A stretch of 64,000 bases of DNA from Camelus ferus (GCF_009834535.1 NC_045696.1:30630001-30694000), one strand, 5' to 3'; shown: positions 25,791-39,992, numbered from the stretch's first letter. Made by a program: numbers and translations. Notes: a model not told the origin generated them from the sequence alone.

Positions 25791-28599
25791 TAAAACAATT
25801 TTAGGACATTTAAAAAATCTCATATCCAGAAAGTTGTTTTTCAATTATGAGTTTAATAACTGTTTATTTAAAATCACTAATTGTTTCACTAAACATTACT
25901 TTAGAGTTTTAATTCCAATCCTTTCAGAACAGTCAATGCAATATCTTTTACATGTTTTTGTGTTTGGATGCTGCTATCACTTTTTAAAAATGGTTTTCTT
26001 TATATAGACTTTTTCACAAGAAAAATGATTTGTCTTTCTCTGTTTTTATTTTTGAATCTTTATTTTTCTTTAAAAATGTAAACAAATAAATGTTTCATTC
26101 CAGATGGTATTGACATGATCTAAGAGTCTGAGTTATTTTGTTTTCAACTCTCTTCAAAAAGCTCCTAAGGTCTTAATTTAGGAGTTGTCATTTTCTAGTT
26201 CTTTTTGTGCTTAAACTTTTTTCCATGTATGTATAAAACACAGTGAAGTAGATTTTTCTCGACAAGATATTTTGATCTAGGTAATCCCAGAATTGTCTAA
26301 TTTAAGTAACTTATGTTCATCATTATTTATCATTTAAAGTGTTGTAAATACTTCATATAACAGCCAGGAAAAAAAAAATGACTATTCAAGGCTAAGATCA
26401 GGTAATGATATGTTGATTTTTTTGCATTTTGTTACCTTGACAGCCAGGACATTTAGTGTCTCTCAGAAGTATAGTTATATATTTCTCAAAACTGATTATA
26501 CCTAAAGATTCTACAAACTGATTTTCAAATGTAAGCTTTTAAAACTCTATGATAACAATTTAATTTTAGACCTATATGGTTATACTGTCACTTTTTATAG
26601 AGGGTAGTTGTGCCATCCTGGTCTTTTCAACTTTATTTTATTTGAATGATTTAATTTGATGTATTTTTATCCAGCTATTTAAAAATTATCATACATTGCT
26701 TATATTTTGTGAGATTTCAAAGTTAGCAATTAGACTACATTTTTCTTCAAGGAATCAGCTGAGTTGCCCTTAACAATGGAAATTTCTAATACAATTTCTA
26801 TTGCTCTAAGAATATGATGTATATTGCATGTATATATGTACTCACATGCATACACACACTAAAAACACATACATTTGCCCACACTATACCTAGATAACTT
26901 CTTTATTACTGGTTTTTCCATCTCATCATTAATTTCCCAAATATATCATGAGAATTAAGGGAAAAAAATAAAATGCTAACAGTATCTCAAATCAATCTCT
27001 AGAAAACATAATTTTAAAGGGAAAATTTCTAAAAACTATTGGTTGAAAATAACAGCAGATTCTATTACAGTAGTTGGAATAGTAAAAAAAAAAAAAAAAA
27101 AAGAGTTACTGCTTTAAGGTTCTGATGAGTCCTTCGAGGTATATCTGAAATAAACAATGCCAGATGGCTGTAGAGGAGATCATTGCAATGATACTTATGA
27201 AGTCAACCCTTCATTGTTCATCAACATGGTAATGCCCATCTGCATTCTATAAACTCTATTACCTGAACCGGCCCTATACCCTCATTTTTATTGATAAGAA
27301 TCAACTTTATTTTGCCGAGGTAAGTTCAGAAAAAAAGGCCAATTCATGTGCAAATAAACAAAAAACCTTGGTGGAGTCATCTAAAATCCATTTTGATTGT
27401 CTTAATAATTTCTCCCTAACTATGTGTAATCTTAAGAATGACCTTTTTGTTGACTATAGTACTTTGTTTAAACTTCACAGCTAATACTTGACAAATTTTC
27501 TCAAATTTTCTTATTCAAGACATCTTTACTAATGTTTCACTAGAATAATTTGTATTTATTAGATCAGTTAATAAATTTCAATCCACATTTTAATTTATCT
27601 CAAGTAACATTCATATTAGCCAAAATTATAGTGTAGGTGTTACATATAAATGAATGTTCCCTTTCATTTATGCTGCCACTATAACTCTGCCCATTATAAT
27701 ATATTAAACCAAAATATGAACATTTGTTAAATACTAAAATATTACTCTGAAATTACAGTATAGATGCATTTCATCATTGTGCTAAATTTTTGTCCTTATC
27801 CCATATAACACATACAAGAGTAGTCAGTTAATAATATCACCAGTGCTCCTTGATTTGTCTATATAACAGTATATATTAAATAATTTTATGCAAGTCTATT
27901 TTTCTCATTAGTGATATTCTTACCTAATTGATTTTACCTAATTTATTTCTATAGCTTTTGTAGTAGCCATGTGGAGAATCATAATAACAAATAATATGTT
28001 CTCAGCATCACTTTGTTTTTGTATTCTGTTAAATTTCTCTTATTCATTTAATTGATTTTCCAAAAGCATATATAAAATCTTATTGTTTAAAACAATACTT
28101 AAAAGTACACCAGGGAGATCTCTTGTATCCCTATGAATTTCTGGGATATATTATATATGAAATATATATGTTATATATATGTGTGTGTGTGTGTGAAAGA
28201 AAAATCCACCTCTTGTTTTTCATCCATTTGTGTTGTTCTTTTTTTGTTTTCATTTTTGTTTTTGTCTTTGTCCAGACTGTTCTTCCTGACCAGATGAAAA
28301 TTCCATATTACCTATCAACATTTTCCAGATTTTCTCCATTAGGGAAATATCTCACTATATTGAACTCCTAGGGTGTTATTTTATCTTTGGTTTATTTGTA
28401 TCATTTATTTTTGTTAATTGCAATTATTTGTATATCCACTTATTTTCTTTGAAAGCCTAAGCTACTTTAAGCTTAGAGTCTGGGACTTCTTAACTTTTAT
28501 ATCTTTAATAATAGTTATCATGAATGCTTGACAGTTATTACATGTTCAAATGACAAAGCAACAATTATGTTTATAAAACAATGTTTAAGAAATGAAGAG

Positions 28600-29540
28600 T
28601 TGTATGATATAATGTATGAGGTTGAGAGAGGTAAGATATGAAAGATCTTTCTGGTTATGGTAAGAGATTTGGATTTTACCCCTTGGGAAAAGGAAGCCAT
28701 TAAAAATTTGAAGCAAAAGAGGAACATAGTGTGATTTATGTTTTAGAAAAACACTGGAGTGGCTTGAAGAATTCACAGTAGTTGGGCAGGAGAATAGAAG
28801 GAATTTTATTTAGTGGGATATCATCAACCCATGTAGAAATGACTATAGTTTTATCCAGGTAGTAATTTTGGAGTTCCTGAGAGGTAGTTAGTAGTAGTTA
28901 GAATATTAATATTTTGGGGAAAAGCAAATGATCATCTTCATAGATGTCAAAATGTTTGATAAAACACAACACTATTTCTTGACAAAAACACCAGACACAC
29001 TAGAAATTAAAAGAAATTTCTTCAAGCTGAAAAAGGACATTCAAGAAAAACAGCTAAGATAAACTTAATGGTGCAAGAGTGAAGTTTTTCTTATAATTCA
29101 AGAACAAGACAAACGTGTTATCTTTGGTACTGAGTTTGTTTTGTTTTTGTTTATTTTGCTGATGAAATGTTTTGTAATTAGGTAGTGATTAGGGTTGTAC
29201 AACTTTGTGAATATGCTGGATACCATTACATTGTATAATTTGGAAAAGATGAATTTTATGATATGTGGATTATGTATTAATTTTTAAAATGGTTATACCT
29301 GAAAATTAAACTTTCTGGAACTTGCTGCCAGAATATAATAGAGATAAAAAAAAAATACTTCAGGATTTTAACTTGAACAACTGGCAAAAAAACTTGTTAC
29401 TTACTTAACTTAGAAAAAATTGGAAGAAGTATTATATTGTTATTGTTGGTATTTACTTGTATATTTATTTTTGTGGACAGAAAACAGTTTCAAAAACTAA
29501 ATTTGATCTGTTAATCAAGTGGATTGACAAGTAGGTGAAT
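28600..29540 (+). mobile_element. L2 relic interrupted by short L1 fragments (about 28920-29290)
   Basis: ggtaagagatttggattttacc...ggaagccattaaaaatttgaagc is L2-like. atgatcatcttcatagatg...tttgataaaacacaac is L1 ORF2-like. Confidence 0.55.
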
Positions 29541-29564
29541 TTGATAGTTATTTTATTTATCCAT

Positions 29565-30330
29565 TTATTTTAATTGAAATATAATTGGCATTCTATAAAT
29601 TCACCTTTTAAAATCTATAAATTCAGTGATTTTCAGTGTTTTCACAAAGTTGTGCAACCATCACTGTTATCTAATTCCAGAACACTTTTCTCAGACAAAT
29701 AAGGAGACTCAATACCTATTAGCAATCACTGTCTATTTTAACCTTCCTTTCTCAGTCTTTCTTCCGTAACAATCTACTGTCTGTCTCTAGATTTGCCTGT
29801 TCTGGACATTTCATATTAATGTAATCATACAATATGTTTTTGTGAATATGGATTATTTCACTTAGTATAACATTTTTAATATTTGTCCATGGTCCCGTAG
29901 GTGTTGGTTCTTTTTTATATCTGAAATATATATTCTGTTGTATGAATATATTACATTTGTTTATCCATTAATCAATTTTTACTCTTTGGTTATTATGAAT
30001 AATGCTTCTATAAATATTTGTGTACAAGTTTTTGCATGGACTTACATTTTTAGTTCTCCTGGGTATATACCTAGAAGTGGAATTGCTGCTGCCATATGAT
30101 ACTTTATGTTTATCTTTTTGAGGAACTACTCAACTATTTTCCAAAGCAGCTGAATCATTTCATATTCCAACCAACAATATATGAGGGTTCCAATTCCCAC
30201 CGGTTTCCAACACTTTCTATTTTCTGTCCATCCTGCTGTGTGTTAAATTCTGTCTCATTGTGGTTTTTAACTTGCATTAGTCTAATGATATTTATGTTGG
30301 GCAACTTTTGTACTTTTTGTCCATTTACAT
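29565..30330 (-). mobile_element. L1MB-like 3' end, resuming at 36608-36800 after a nested L1
   Basis: ttaattgaaatataatt...gttgtgcaaccatcactgttatctaattccagaacac...gggtatatacctagaagtggaattgctg. Confidence 0.8.
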
Positions 30331-30430
30331 ATATAAACTAATTATATTAACATGTACAATATATTATACACTTGTTAATTATCATATATGTGTATGTATA
30401 AAAACATTTATTGCATTTACTTGCCCATTT

Positions 30431-33400
30431 CTGAATTAAATAAACAGCATGAAATATTGTGTAAGTTTAAGGTATAAAGCATGTTACTTTGATACATTTA
30501 TATATTGAATATGATTGCTTATATGATATTTACTACAGTATATAGTTATAGTACAATATTATTGTCTACATTCATTATATTGTACATTAGATCTCTATGG
30601 CTTATTTTCTACTCATCACAAGTTTGTATCCTTAAATACCATCACCCTTATCCACTCCCTTATGTCTCCTGGTAACCACCATTTTACTCTGTTTTGGTTT
30701 TTTTTTTTTTAACAGGTTTAACTTTTTTAGATTTTATATGTGAGTGATATTGTACCATATTTGCCTTTCTCAGTCTGACATATCTTACTTAGCATAAGGT
30801 ACTCAAGATCCGTTCGTGTTGTCACAACTGGAATGATAGCCTCCTTTCTCATAACTGAATAATATTTATTATGTATATGTACCACATCTATTTTTTTTAA
30901 TCTGCTTATATGCTGATGGGTATTTGGGTTGTTTACATATCTTGGCTATTGTGAATAATCCTTCAATACATGTGGGAGTGCATATATCTCAACAAAATCC
31001 TGTTTTCATTTCCTTTGGGCATATTCCCAGAAGTGAAAAATCACTGATTTTTATTTTTTGTGAAATCTCCGTTTTGTTTTCTAGAATAATTGGACCAATT
31101 TATATTTCTACCTATAATGTATAAGGGCTCCTCTTTTACCTACATAGTAAAAGAGGTGTCTGTTGTCTGATCTTGAAACTAGCCATTGTAACAATTGTGA
31201 AGTGATACCTTCCTGTGGTTTTGATTTGCATTTCCCTGATGATTAATGATGTTGAGCATCTTTTCATGTGTGTGTTGGCCATATTGATGTCCTCTTTGGA
31301 GAAATATCTGTTAACTCCTTTTGCTTACTTTTTAATTGGATTGTTGGGGTTCTGTTGTTGTTGTTACTAGGTTGACTGAGTTCTTTATATATTTTGGATA
31401 TAAATCTCTTATCTGATATATGATTTACAAAACTGTTCTCCCATTCTATTGGTTGTCTTTTTATTTTACTAATTATTTCTTTTGCTATGCAGAAAACTTG
31501 AGTTTGAAATAGTTTTATTTATTAATTTTTCTTTTGTTGTTTGTGCTTTTGGCACAATGTGCAAAAATCATTACAAAGACCAGTATCAATGAGCTTCATC
31601 CCTGTGTTTTTATTGAAACTTTAGGTATCATGTCCTATGTTTAAGTCTTTTATATATTTTGAGTTAATTTTTATGACTGATGTGAAATAGGGGTCCAATT
31701 TCATTGTTCTGCATGGGTTTCTCCAGTTTTTCCAGCATCATTTGTTGAAGAGACCATTCTTTCCCTGCTCTCTTGTCAAATATTGTTGACTGTATACACT
31801 GGGATTAAATTCTGGGTTATCTATTCTGTTCCACTGGTCGGCATGTATATTTTTGCACCAGTGCTATACTGTTTATTACTATAGCTTTGTAGTATAGTTT
31901 GAAATCTTGAAGCATGATACCCTCTGAATTTATTCTTACTTCTCAGGATTGCTTTGGCTGTACAGGTTCTTTTGCAGTTCCACACAAATAATAAAATTAT
32001 TTTGTTTATTTCTGTTAAGAATGCTTTTGGCATTTTGATGGAGATAGCATTGAATCTGTAGATGGCTTTGGGTAATAGAGCCATTTTAACAATATTAATT
32101 CTTCCAATCTAAGAACATCTTTCCATTTGTTTGTCTTCCATTTCTTTCAGCAGAATCCTGTAGTTTTCATTTTATAGAACTTTCACTTCCTTGGTTAAAT
32201 TTATTCCTAAGTATTTTATTGTTGATGCTATTTTAAATGGGACAGTTCTCTATTTCTTTTTAAGTTTCTTCATCATTAGTTTAAAGGAATGCAGTTGATT
32301 TCTGTATGTTGATTTATATCCTGCCACTTTACTGCAATTGTTGATTAATTCCAAGTTTTTGACTGACTTTGGGATTTTCTGTGTATAAGATCACATTATC
32401 AGCAAAGGGTGACAATTTTGCCTCTTCTTTTCTGCCTCAGATACCTTTTATTTCTTCATCTTATCTAGTTTCTCTAGTCAGTACTATATTGAATAGGAGT
32501 CATTGAGAGTGCCATCTCTGTCTTACTTATGATCTTAGAGGAAACCTTTTTTATTTTTCTTTATTTAATATGTTGGCTATAGATTTGTCATATAGGGTCA
32601 TTATTATGTCAGGGTATGTTCCTTCTATACCCAATCTACTAAGGGTTTTTATCACAAAAGGGTGTTGTAGTTTGTCATTTTTTTTCCTGCATCTGTTAAA
32701 ATAATCATGCAATTTGTATCTTTAATTTTATTGATGTACTGTATTATATTCATTGATTTGCTTATAGTAAACCATCCTTATAGCTCAGAGATAAATCCCA
32801 CTTGGTCATGGTCTATAATCCTTTTAAAGTGTTCTTGGATTTGATTTACTAATTTTTGTCGAGAATTTTTGCATCTATGCTTATCAGGGATATATGTTTA
32901 TAGTTTGTGTTGGGGGCATCATTATCTGGCTTTAGTATCGAAGTAATGCTGACTTAGTAAAATTAGTTTAAAAGTGTTCCCTTGTCAATGTTTTGGAAGA
33001 GCTTGAGGAGGATTGGTCTTAATTCTTCTTTAAATGTTTGGTAGAATTTTCCAGTCAAGCTATACAGTTCTGGAGTTTCCTGTGTTGGGAGATTTTTAAT
33101 TATGGATTCAATTTCTTTACTCCTTATTGGTCTGATCAGATTTTCTATTTATTACTGATTCAGTCTTGGCAGGTTGTGTGTTTCTAAAAGTGTATCCATT
33201 TATTCTAGATTATGTAATTTGTTGACATGTAATTGTTCAGTCTTTATGATTCTATGTATTTCTGTGGTATCAGTTGTAATGTTACCACTTTGATTTCTCA
33301 TTTTATTTATTTGAGTCTTTTCTCTTTTTCTTAATTAGTCTAACTAAAGTTTTTGTCAATTTTGTTTATCTTTTCAAAGAAGCAGCTCTTAGTTATGCTG

Positions 33401-36400
33401 ATCCTTTCTATTATTTTCCTGTTCTTTATTTGTCTCTTTCTCACTCTGAACTTTATCATTTCCATCCATTTTGCTAATTTAGACTTTTTTTTTCTTATTC
33501 TTTTAGATCCGTGAGGTGTAAAGTTAGGTTGTCTGAGATCTTTCTAATTTCTTGATATATGAGATATTTGCTATAAACTTTCCTCTTTGAACTGCATTTC
33601 CTGCATCCCATAATATTTGACATGTAATATTTCTATTTTCTTTTCATTTCACTGTCTTGATATTTGGAAAGTTTTTTTATTTCTTCTTTGACTGAATGAT
33701 TGTATAGAAGCATGTTGTTTATTTTCCGAATATTCATAGATCTCACTTCACTCTTGTTGATTTCTAGTTTCATGCCACTGTGGTCAAAAAAAGTAGTTGG
33801 CATGATTTCAGTCTTCTTAAATTTGCTAAGATTTGTTTTGTGGCCTATCACATAATGTATCCTGAAGAATATTCCCTGTCACTTGAGGAGAATGTGTATT
33901 CTGCTGCTGTTGGGTGGAAAGCTCTGTATATGTCTGTTAAGTCCATTTGTTCTAAACTGTGGTTAAGTTCCAAATTTGCCTTGTTGATTTTCTGTCTGGT
34001 CAATCTGTCCATTGCTGACAGTGAGATATTTAAGTCCCCACAATTATTCTATTGTTGTCTATTCTCTCTTAAGATATTTTATTACTTGATTAATATATTT
34101 TAATGCTCAAGTTTGGGGAACATATATATTTGCAGTTGCTGTATATTCTTGATGTACTAACCCTTTTATCAGTATATAATGACTTTTTTGTCTCTTGTTA
34201 CCTTTTTGCTTGAAGTCTATTTGGTCTAAGTATGGTTACACCCACCTTCTTTTGGTTTCTGTTTACTTGGAATATCATTTTCCATCCTTTCACTTTGTGC
34301 CTGTGTGTGTCATTAGAGCTTAAACAAGTCTCCTTAGGCAGCGTATACTTGTGTCTTATTTTTTCATCCATTCAGCTACTCTGTGCCTTTTGACTGGTCA
34401 TTTACAATTAATTTACATTCAGGGTGATTATTGTTACATAGTGACTTATTACTGCCATTTTACCTTTTGCCTTCTGATTATTTTCTCTCTCCATTGTTTG
34501 TTTTTTTCCCCTTCTTTTTCTGTCTACCTTTGTAACTTGATGGTTTTCCCTAATGATTTTCTTAGTCTTCCCTTTCTTTGTTTTGTGTTTCTGCCGTAGA
34601 ATTTTGCTTTACGGTTATCATAAGATTTCCATAAAACATCTCATAGATAATGTAGTCCTTTTTGTACTGACAGCAGTTTATCTTCATTTGCTCATAAGGT
34701 TCTACCTTTTTATTCCTCCCCTTTTATACTATTGATGCCACAAATTTTCTCTTCATACTGTGATTTTGTAGTAGTTATAGTTATTTTTAATGTTCTTTTC
34801 CTTTAAACGTTATGCTGTAATTAAGAATTAAGAAATAATTATACAATTCTAAAAAAGTTACATATTTAAAATCATTAAATTCTATTTACCAATTTAATTG
34901 AAGATTTGCATAATTTCATCTTTTTGTTTCAGCTTCAAGAACTCCTTCCAACATTTCTAATAAGGCAGGGCTAGTGGTGTTGAACTCCCTCAGTTTTTGT
35001 TTGTCTGAGAAAGCCTTTATTTCTCTTTTATATCTGAAGGATAATGTTGCCTTATAGAGAATTCTTGGCTGGCAGTTTTTCTCCTGGCTTGTAGAGTTTC
35101 TGTTGAGAAATCTGCTGAGAGCCCAAGGGGAGTTCCTTTGTACATTACTGTCCTTTTCTCCCTGGCTATCTTTAAAATTCTTTATTTATCATTGACTTTT
35201 AAAAAAAAATCTGTTTTTTAATATAACGTGTCTTGGAGAAGGTCTTTTGCATTGAAATAATAGCGTGTTCTATCGCTTTGTATGTTTGTATATCTAGTTC
35301 TTTTTTCAGGTTTGGGGAGTTTTCAGCTATAATTTCTTTAAATATGCTCTCTTTCCTTCTCTCCCTCTTCTTCTGCTATACCCATTAACTTATTTTGGCT
35401 TTTCTAGTGGAGTCAGTTAGAACTTGTAGAGTTTCTTTGTTTTTTAAAATCTTAGTTTTTTCTTCTCTTATACCTGAATCATTTCTATATTTCTATCCTC
35501 AAGCTGGCTTATTTTCTCTTTCATCTGACATGCTCTATTTTCAATGCATTCTAATGCAGACTTCACTTCATTTACTGAGTTCTTTAACTCCAGAATATGT
35601 GCTTGGTTCTGTTTTTAGAATTTCATTTCTTTGGTACTCATTCTGTTTGTTTATTTTATTTCTGAGATAATTGAATTACCTTTCTGAGTTTTCTTATAGC
35701 TTGCTGAATTTCTTTAAACAGCTATTTTTAGTTATTTGTCAGTTAAATGACAGTATTCTGTGTCTTTGGATTTTGTTGCTGAAAATTATTTTCTTTTTCT
35801 TGATACTCTGTGACTGACTTTTTCATAATGTTTGATATAAAGTGCTTCTATTGCCACATTTAAAGTAACAAACCCTTTTTTTATTTAGACAAGGCTTTCT
35901 TTACTTTGATTCTAAAAGTTCAACAGGTTGGCAGTTAGGAGCTTTTCCGGAAGGTGGTGATATAGTGCATGTTTTGGGTTGATCTTAATGGAGCTGACTT
36001 GTTGCTAAGGTTGAAGCATGTGCATAAAACAGAAAAAGTTGGTGAAGGAAAAAAAAGGGCAGGTAGTGGTAGAGTCAGGGTAAGTGTGTATTTAGCATTT
36101 GGAACTTTAGGAGTGCCCATAGAGGGGAATTCCAGAGGTCTTTGGTGGTCCTCTTGTCAGAATCCAGGGCCAGAGAACAGAAAACTCTTTCCTCTAGTTT
36201 TCTTTGTCTACTTAATTGCCTTTCCTCTTCTTCCACCCAGTCACCACAGTTTGCCCTCAGAGAGAGCAGTGGGTCCCTCCAGGTGCAGCATGTGTGGCCA
36301 GGCAGACCCCTGCTTTCCCCACTCACTCCCCTCCTCTGTCAGAAAGGTCTTGCTGACCAGCTGGTAGACCTGCCTCCACCTCCTATGCTGAAGATGCTTC

Positions 36401-36607
36401 TGCCACTTGGACTCTGTCACCAATCCCCTCCCTCAACAGCTCCTGTGGGTTTTAACCCACCCTTTTTTGGGTGCACAGATGAGTGGATCTCTCTAGTGTC
36501 CTGGTTTGCTAAACAGAGCTGCTTTCTTTCAGTTATGGATGTCCAATTATCTGTACACTGCAGGAGAGATAAAAAGGAACTGATGCCTTCTGATGCTGAC
36601 ATCTCCC
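30431..36607 (-). mobile_element. Near-full-length inactive L1 (about 6.2 kb)
   Basis: 3'UTR, ORF2 peptides ([15 protein letters not shown] 31821-32084; IGHKTNLSKFKKTEI...FDHSGMKLEIN 33633-33851), ORF1 region near 35000-35800 and 5'UTR lie in order. TSD tgcccattt/tgctcattt. Many stops and frameshifts. Confidence 0.92.
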
Positions 36608-38959
36608 TGCTCATTTTTAATTGGATTACTTGATTTTTCTTGTTTTTGTTGTGAGTGTTTTTTATATATATTCTGGATATTAGTCCTTTATCAGAAATAC
36701 GATTTTCAAATATATTCTCCTATTTTGTGAGCTTCTCTTTTTTGTTCTTTGTGGTACAGTTTTAATTTTGACGAAGTCCAATTTCTCCATTTTTCTGATT
36801 TTTTTCTTTTTTTCAATTTTATTAAAGATTGTTTGTCTTAATTCATTAAACTGATTTTACAATCCACTAATGCGAGGAGATCTGCAATTTGACAAAAAAG
36901 ACTGATTTTATAGATCATCATAGAAGTAAGTGTGCATAAAGGATACATAAGTCTAAAATCATTACACTTTCCAAAATTCAATGGTTGTAAGATGTGGAAG
37001 AAAAATTAAAGGAGACCTAGGAGTGTCTTAAGCAATAAAGTTGGTGATAACCAAGAGAAAATGTCCTGGGGACCAAGTATTAAGAGAGGTCCAATAAAAA
37101 TGTGATATCAACTGTGTCAAAATTTTATCCAATAGGATGAGAACTAGAAATAATCATCTTGCTTTTTCAGATCCTCATGATCTCCAGAATTAGCATTATT
37201 CTCTCAGCAGACTGGAGAGAAAAGGAAAACAAAACATTAGTTATGAAATCAGATTTGTTATTTATAATTCCACATAATATATTGCTAACTGTTTCACTAT
37301 GAATTCTTCTTGTAATTTATTTTTATATTTAATATTGTTAAACTCATTTATATATATATCTTTTCCTTTTTTGCTGTGTGGCAGAAGGAATCATTTTCAA
37401 GCTTGATAGGCACCTTTTTTATTGGATATTTTTTAGGAGGCTGGCAACTGGCAACTTGCTTTATGACTTCTTTATTGTAATTAGCAATGGTGACAAAAAT
37501 ATAAACCTAACAGTGTCATTTGTCAAGTTCCAGTTCTCTTTAACTGTCTTTCACAAGTTCCATTTTCATCATGCATAAAACTTATGAATTACACCCAGTA
37601 ATAAGCAAGATTTATTTGTCTCTTAAATAAATCAAAAAAATAATATTTTGTATGGAGAAAGAGTGCCTTACCCAGGTAAAAATTATAAAAACAAAACAGA
37701 GCAAATCTGGTTGGTAGTCTTGGGTCATATTCCTGTCTGTGGCACTGATCTATGTTTCTCTGCAGTGCCTCTCACTATGGAAGTGAGGCACTCGACAGAA
37801 ATATTGGACTGTAAAAATAATAAATGGGTAGTGAAACTTCCTTCCCATCTTTAGTATATAGTTTCTGTGTCAAGTTGAACACTGAAGGAATCAAGCTCCA
37901 CAAGGCTTGTGAATAAAATTAAGATTACTTCAAACTGAAGCAGTTTTATTCATGCGTCATTTCTTAATCATTTCCATACCTCCTCTTCAACTGTTTTTAA
38001 GAATAGAACTACTGGACAAATCATAAACTATTCTGTTATATCATATTAGGACTATTTTATTTTAGGGAAGAAGATACAGCTTTTGCAGTTTATATCAAGG
38101 AATAAAAAATTTACACTTGTGATAAATTTAGGCCTTTTAGTATTTAGATGTAAAGGCTACAGGCGTTGAGAGTCTTCTGTGTTGGTGTTACTTGCCAAAA
38201 TTAATGAGGCTGTTTACCCAAATGCTCAGAAAACTACAAAATAGAGTAAAAATGGTGAAACTTATTGGAAGAGTGGGTGGTGCACATTTTTTTCTTCATT
38301 GTGAACATGAGCTAATATGATATTGGTTGCAGTAGTTAGAGGCAAGTTCAGCATGACTGGAGTATCATAAACCAACTCTACCAAACAAAGAGATGCAGCA
38401 CAGTTGTAGCTTTATATAAAATTCTATGCAAAGCACAAATAAAAGAGGGCAGCTAGATGTGAGAAATCCATTAATAACTACCATAAGCTCTTCACTGGCA
38501 GCATTTTTCTCTGTGAAGACCACAGCATAGTGAGATAGGGTGTTATAAGACATAAGATCACTAATCGATCTGGTCAAAAATACTCATGTTCTATCCCTGG
38601 CCTTTTTACACAGTGGCAATCTAGTCTAGATCCCTCTAAATTAAAGTTTTGGGAACTGTACAAAGGGCTTCTGTTAGTTTAATATTGGTGATAGATATAT
38701 TTATGATTGACTGGATTAACTGATGCATTTTAATGCTAATTTTTAAGACTGTAGTATCACAACTATGGAAATTCTAAAGAAACTCTTAAAAATTCAAGTT
38801 GGACCATCATAGAACATGCAATCATGCAAGCACTTTATGTTTAGAAGGCAGTAACTATGCATACCACCATGTGTATGTGTGGGATTCTCTATTTGCAACA
38901 TTTGTTTTTAAATGCCATGTTTCTGATGTAATACTATATACCAGACATATTGTTAAAGA

Positions 38960-39260
38960 TATTTCAGTCTCCAATTTTAACCAATGTATTTGAAGACTTT
39001 GCTGTGTGCTTTGAATGATCCAGACTCTGTATTAGGAGTAGTAATGCAATAGTGAGCAAAAACTGACCTGGTCTCTGCCCTAGTAAAGTCACCTTTGTAA
39101 CGGACTAGACAGAAATTAATAAAATAATGATAAAAAGTAACTAAGCCCTACAGATTATAAATAAATCTTCCCAAATTATACATTTAGTAAATCGCTGAGC
39201 AAAGAGGGAAACCAGGTCTGTCTCATTCCAGACCCCATGCTCTTAACCACTTCATTATGT
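38960..39260. mobile_element. L2 3' end plus MIR head fragment
   Basis: atgcaatagtgagcaaaaactgacctggtctctgccct is L2-like. ccagaccccatgctcttaaccact is an antisense MIR head. Confidence 0.55.
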
Positions 39261-39594
39261 TGTAGTTTCTACTGCTGTTGAACAGTTACCTTGTTCCTTG
39301 TGAGGATAAGTAAAAATCAAATTACTCAACTTTACAAATTTTTTTTATTTTATAAGAAAATATTTGAAATTTAATCCCTTTGAGTCTAAAAACATTAAAA
39401 ACATATTTTTTAATACTACTAAGTAATTTTAATGGTAACTTTAAAATACAAATTCTTAGGTAAAGTGGTCATATATTATTAAGAGTTAGATATTCAATAT
39501 TGATTATTGAGGAAGTTTTTTCCCACCTTACACAATAAAATGAATTTTAATTTAGGTATTTTAACTCTAACAATAAGGGCTAATCAACTTCAAA

Positions 39595-39992
39595 TTTATA
39601 CTAGTCAGAATAAGCTAGGATGTTCTATTATTGTGATAATAAATAAGACATTATTTCAGTTGATGAACATGAAATTCATTTCTTCATTACAGCAAAATCA
39701 CATATGAGTCATGATGCCCTCTAAAAGTTCACTCAGTCATCCAGGTTTTATCTTGTGACACTGCCATTAAAAAAAAGAAGAAGAAAAGAAGAAGAAAAAG
39801 CAAGGTACAGACAGTCTTGCAGTGTTTTGTGGTGAAGCCACAAATTTAATTTCCTCCAGTCACACTGGAGGCCAGAACTTGGAACCCAGACACATGACTT
39901 TAATCCTAGTAAAAGTGGGGCTGGGGAATATCTTCTTGTGTATCCAGAAAGAGAAATATAACACAGATTCGAGACACAGTATTTCCACTGCA
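39595..39992 (-). mobile_element. Old MaLR LTR (MLT1J/K-like)
   Basis: tagtcagaataagctaggatgttct...ggggctggggaatatcttcttgtgtatccagaaagag...tttccactgca. Confidence 0.5.

Noticed and set aside
27122..27212. Hammerhead-ribozyme-like core (CTGATGAGTCC...GAAA...GTC)
   Set aside because: Stem II lacks the GGAC partner, stem III fails after 2 bp and stem I has only 4 bp, so the fold cannot form.
27232..27319. Plus-strand exon ending GAG|gtaagt (…KLYYLNRPYTLIFIDKNQLYFAE)
   Set aside because: There is an in-frame stop upstream and no usable acceptor, leaving a lone donor.
35969..36633. 132-aa and 163-aa plus-strand ORFs
   Set aside because: They lie antisense within an L1 5'UTR and are most likely chance ORFs in GC-richer repeat DNA.
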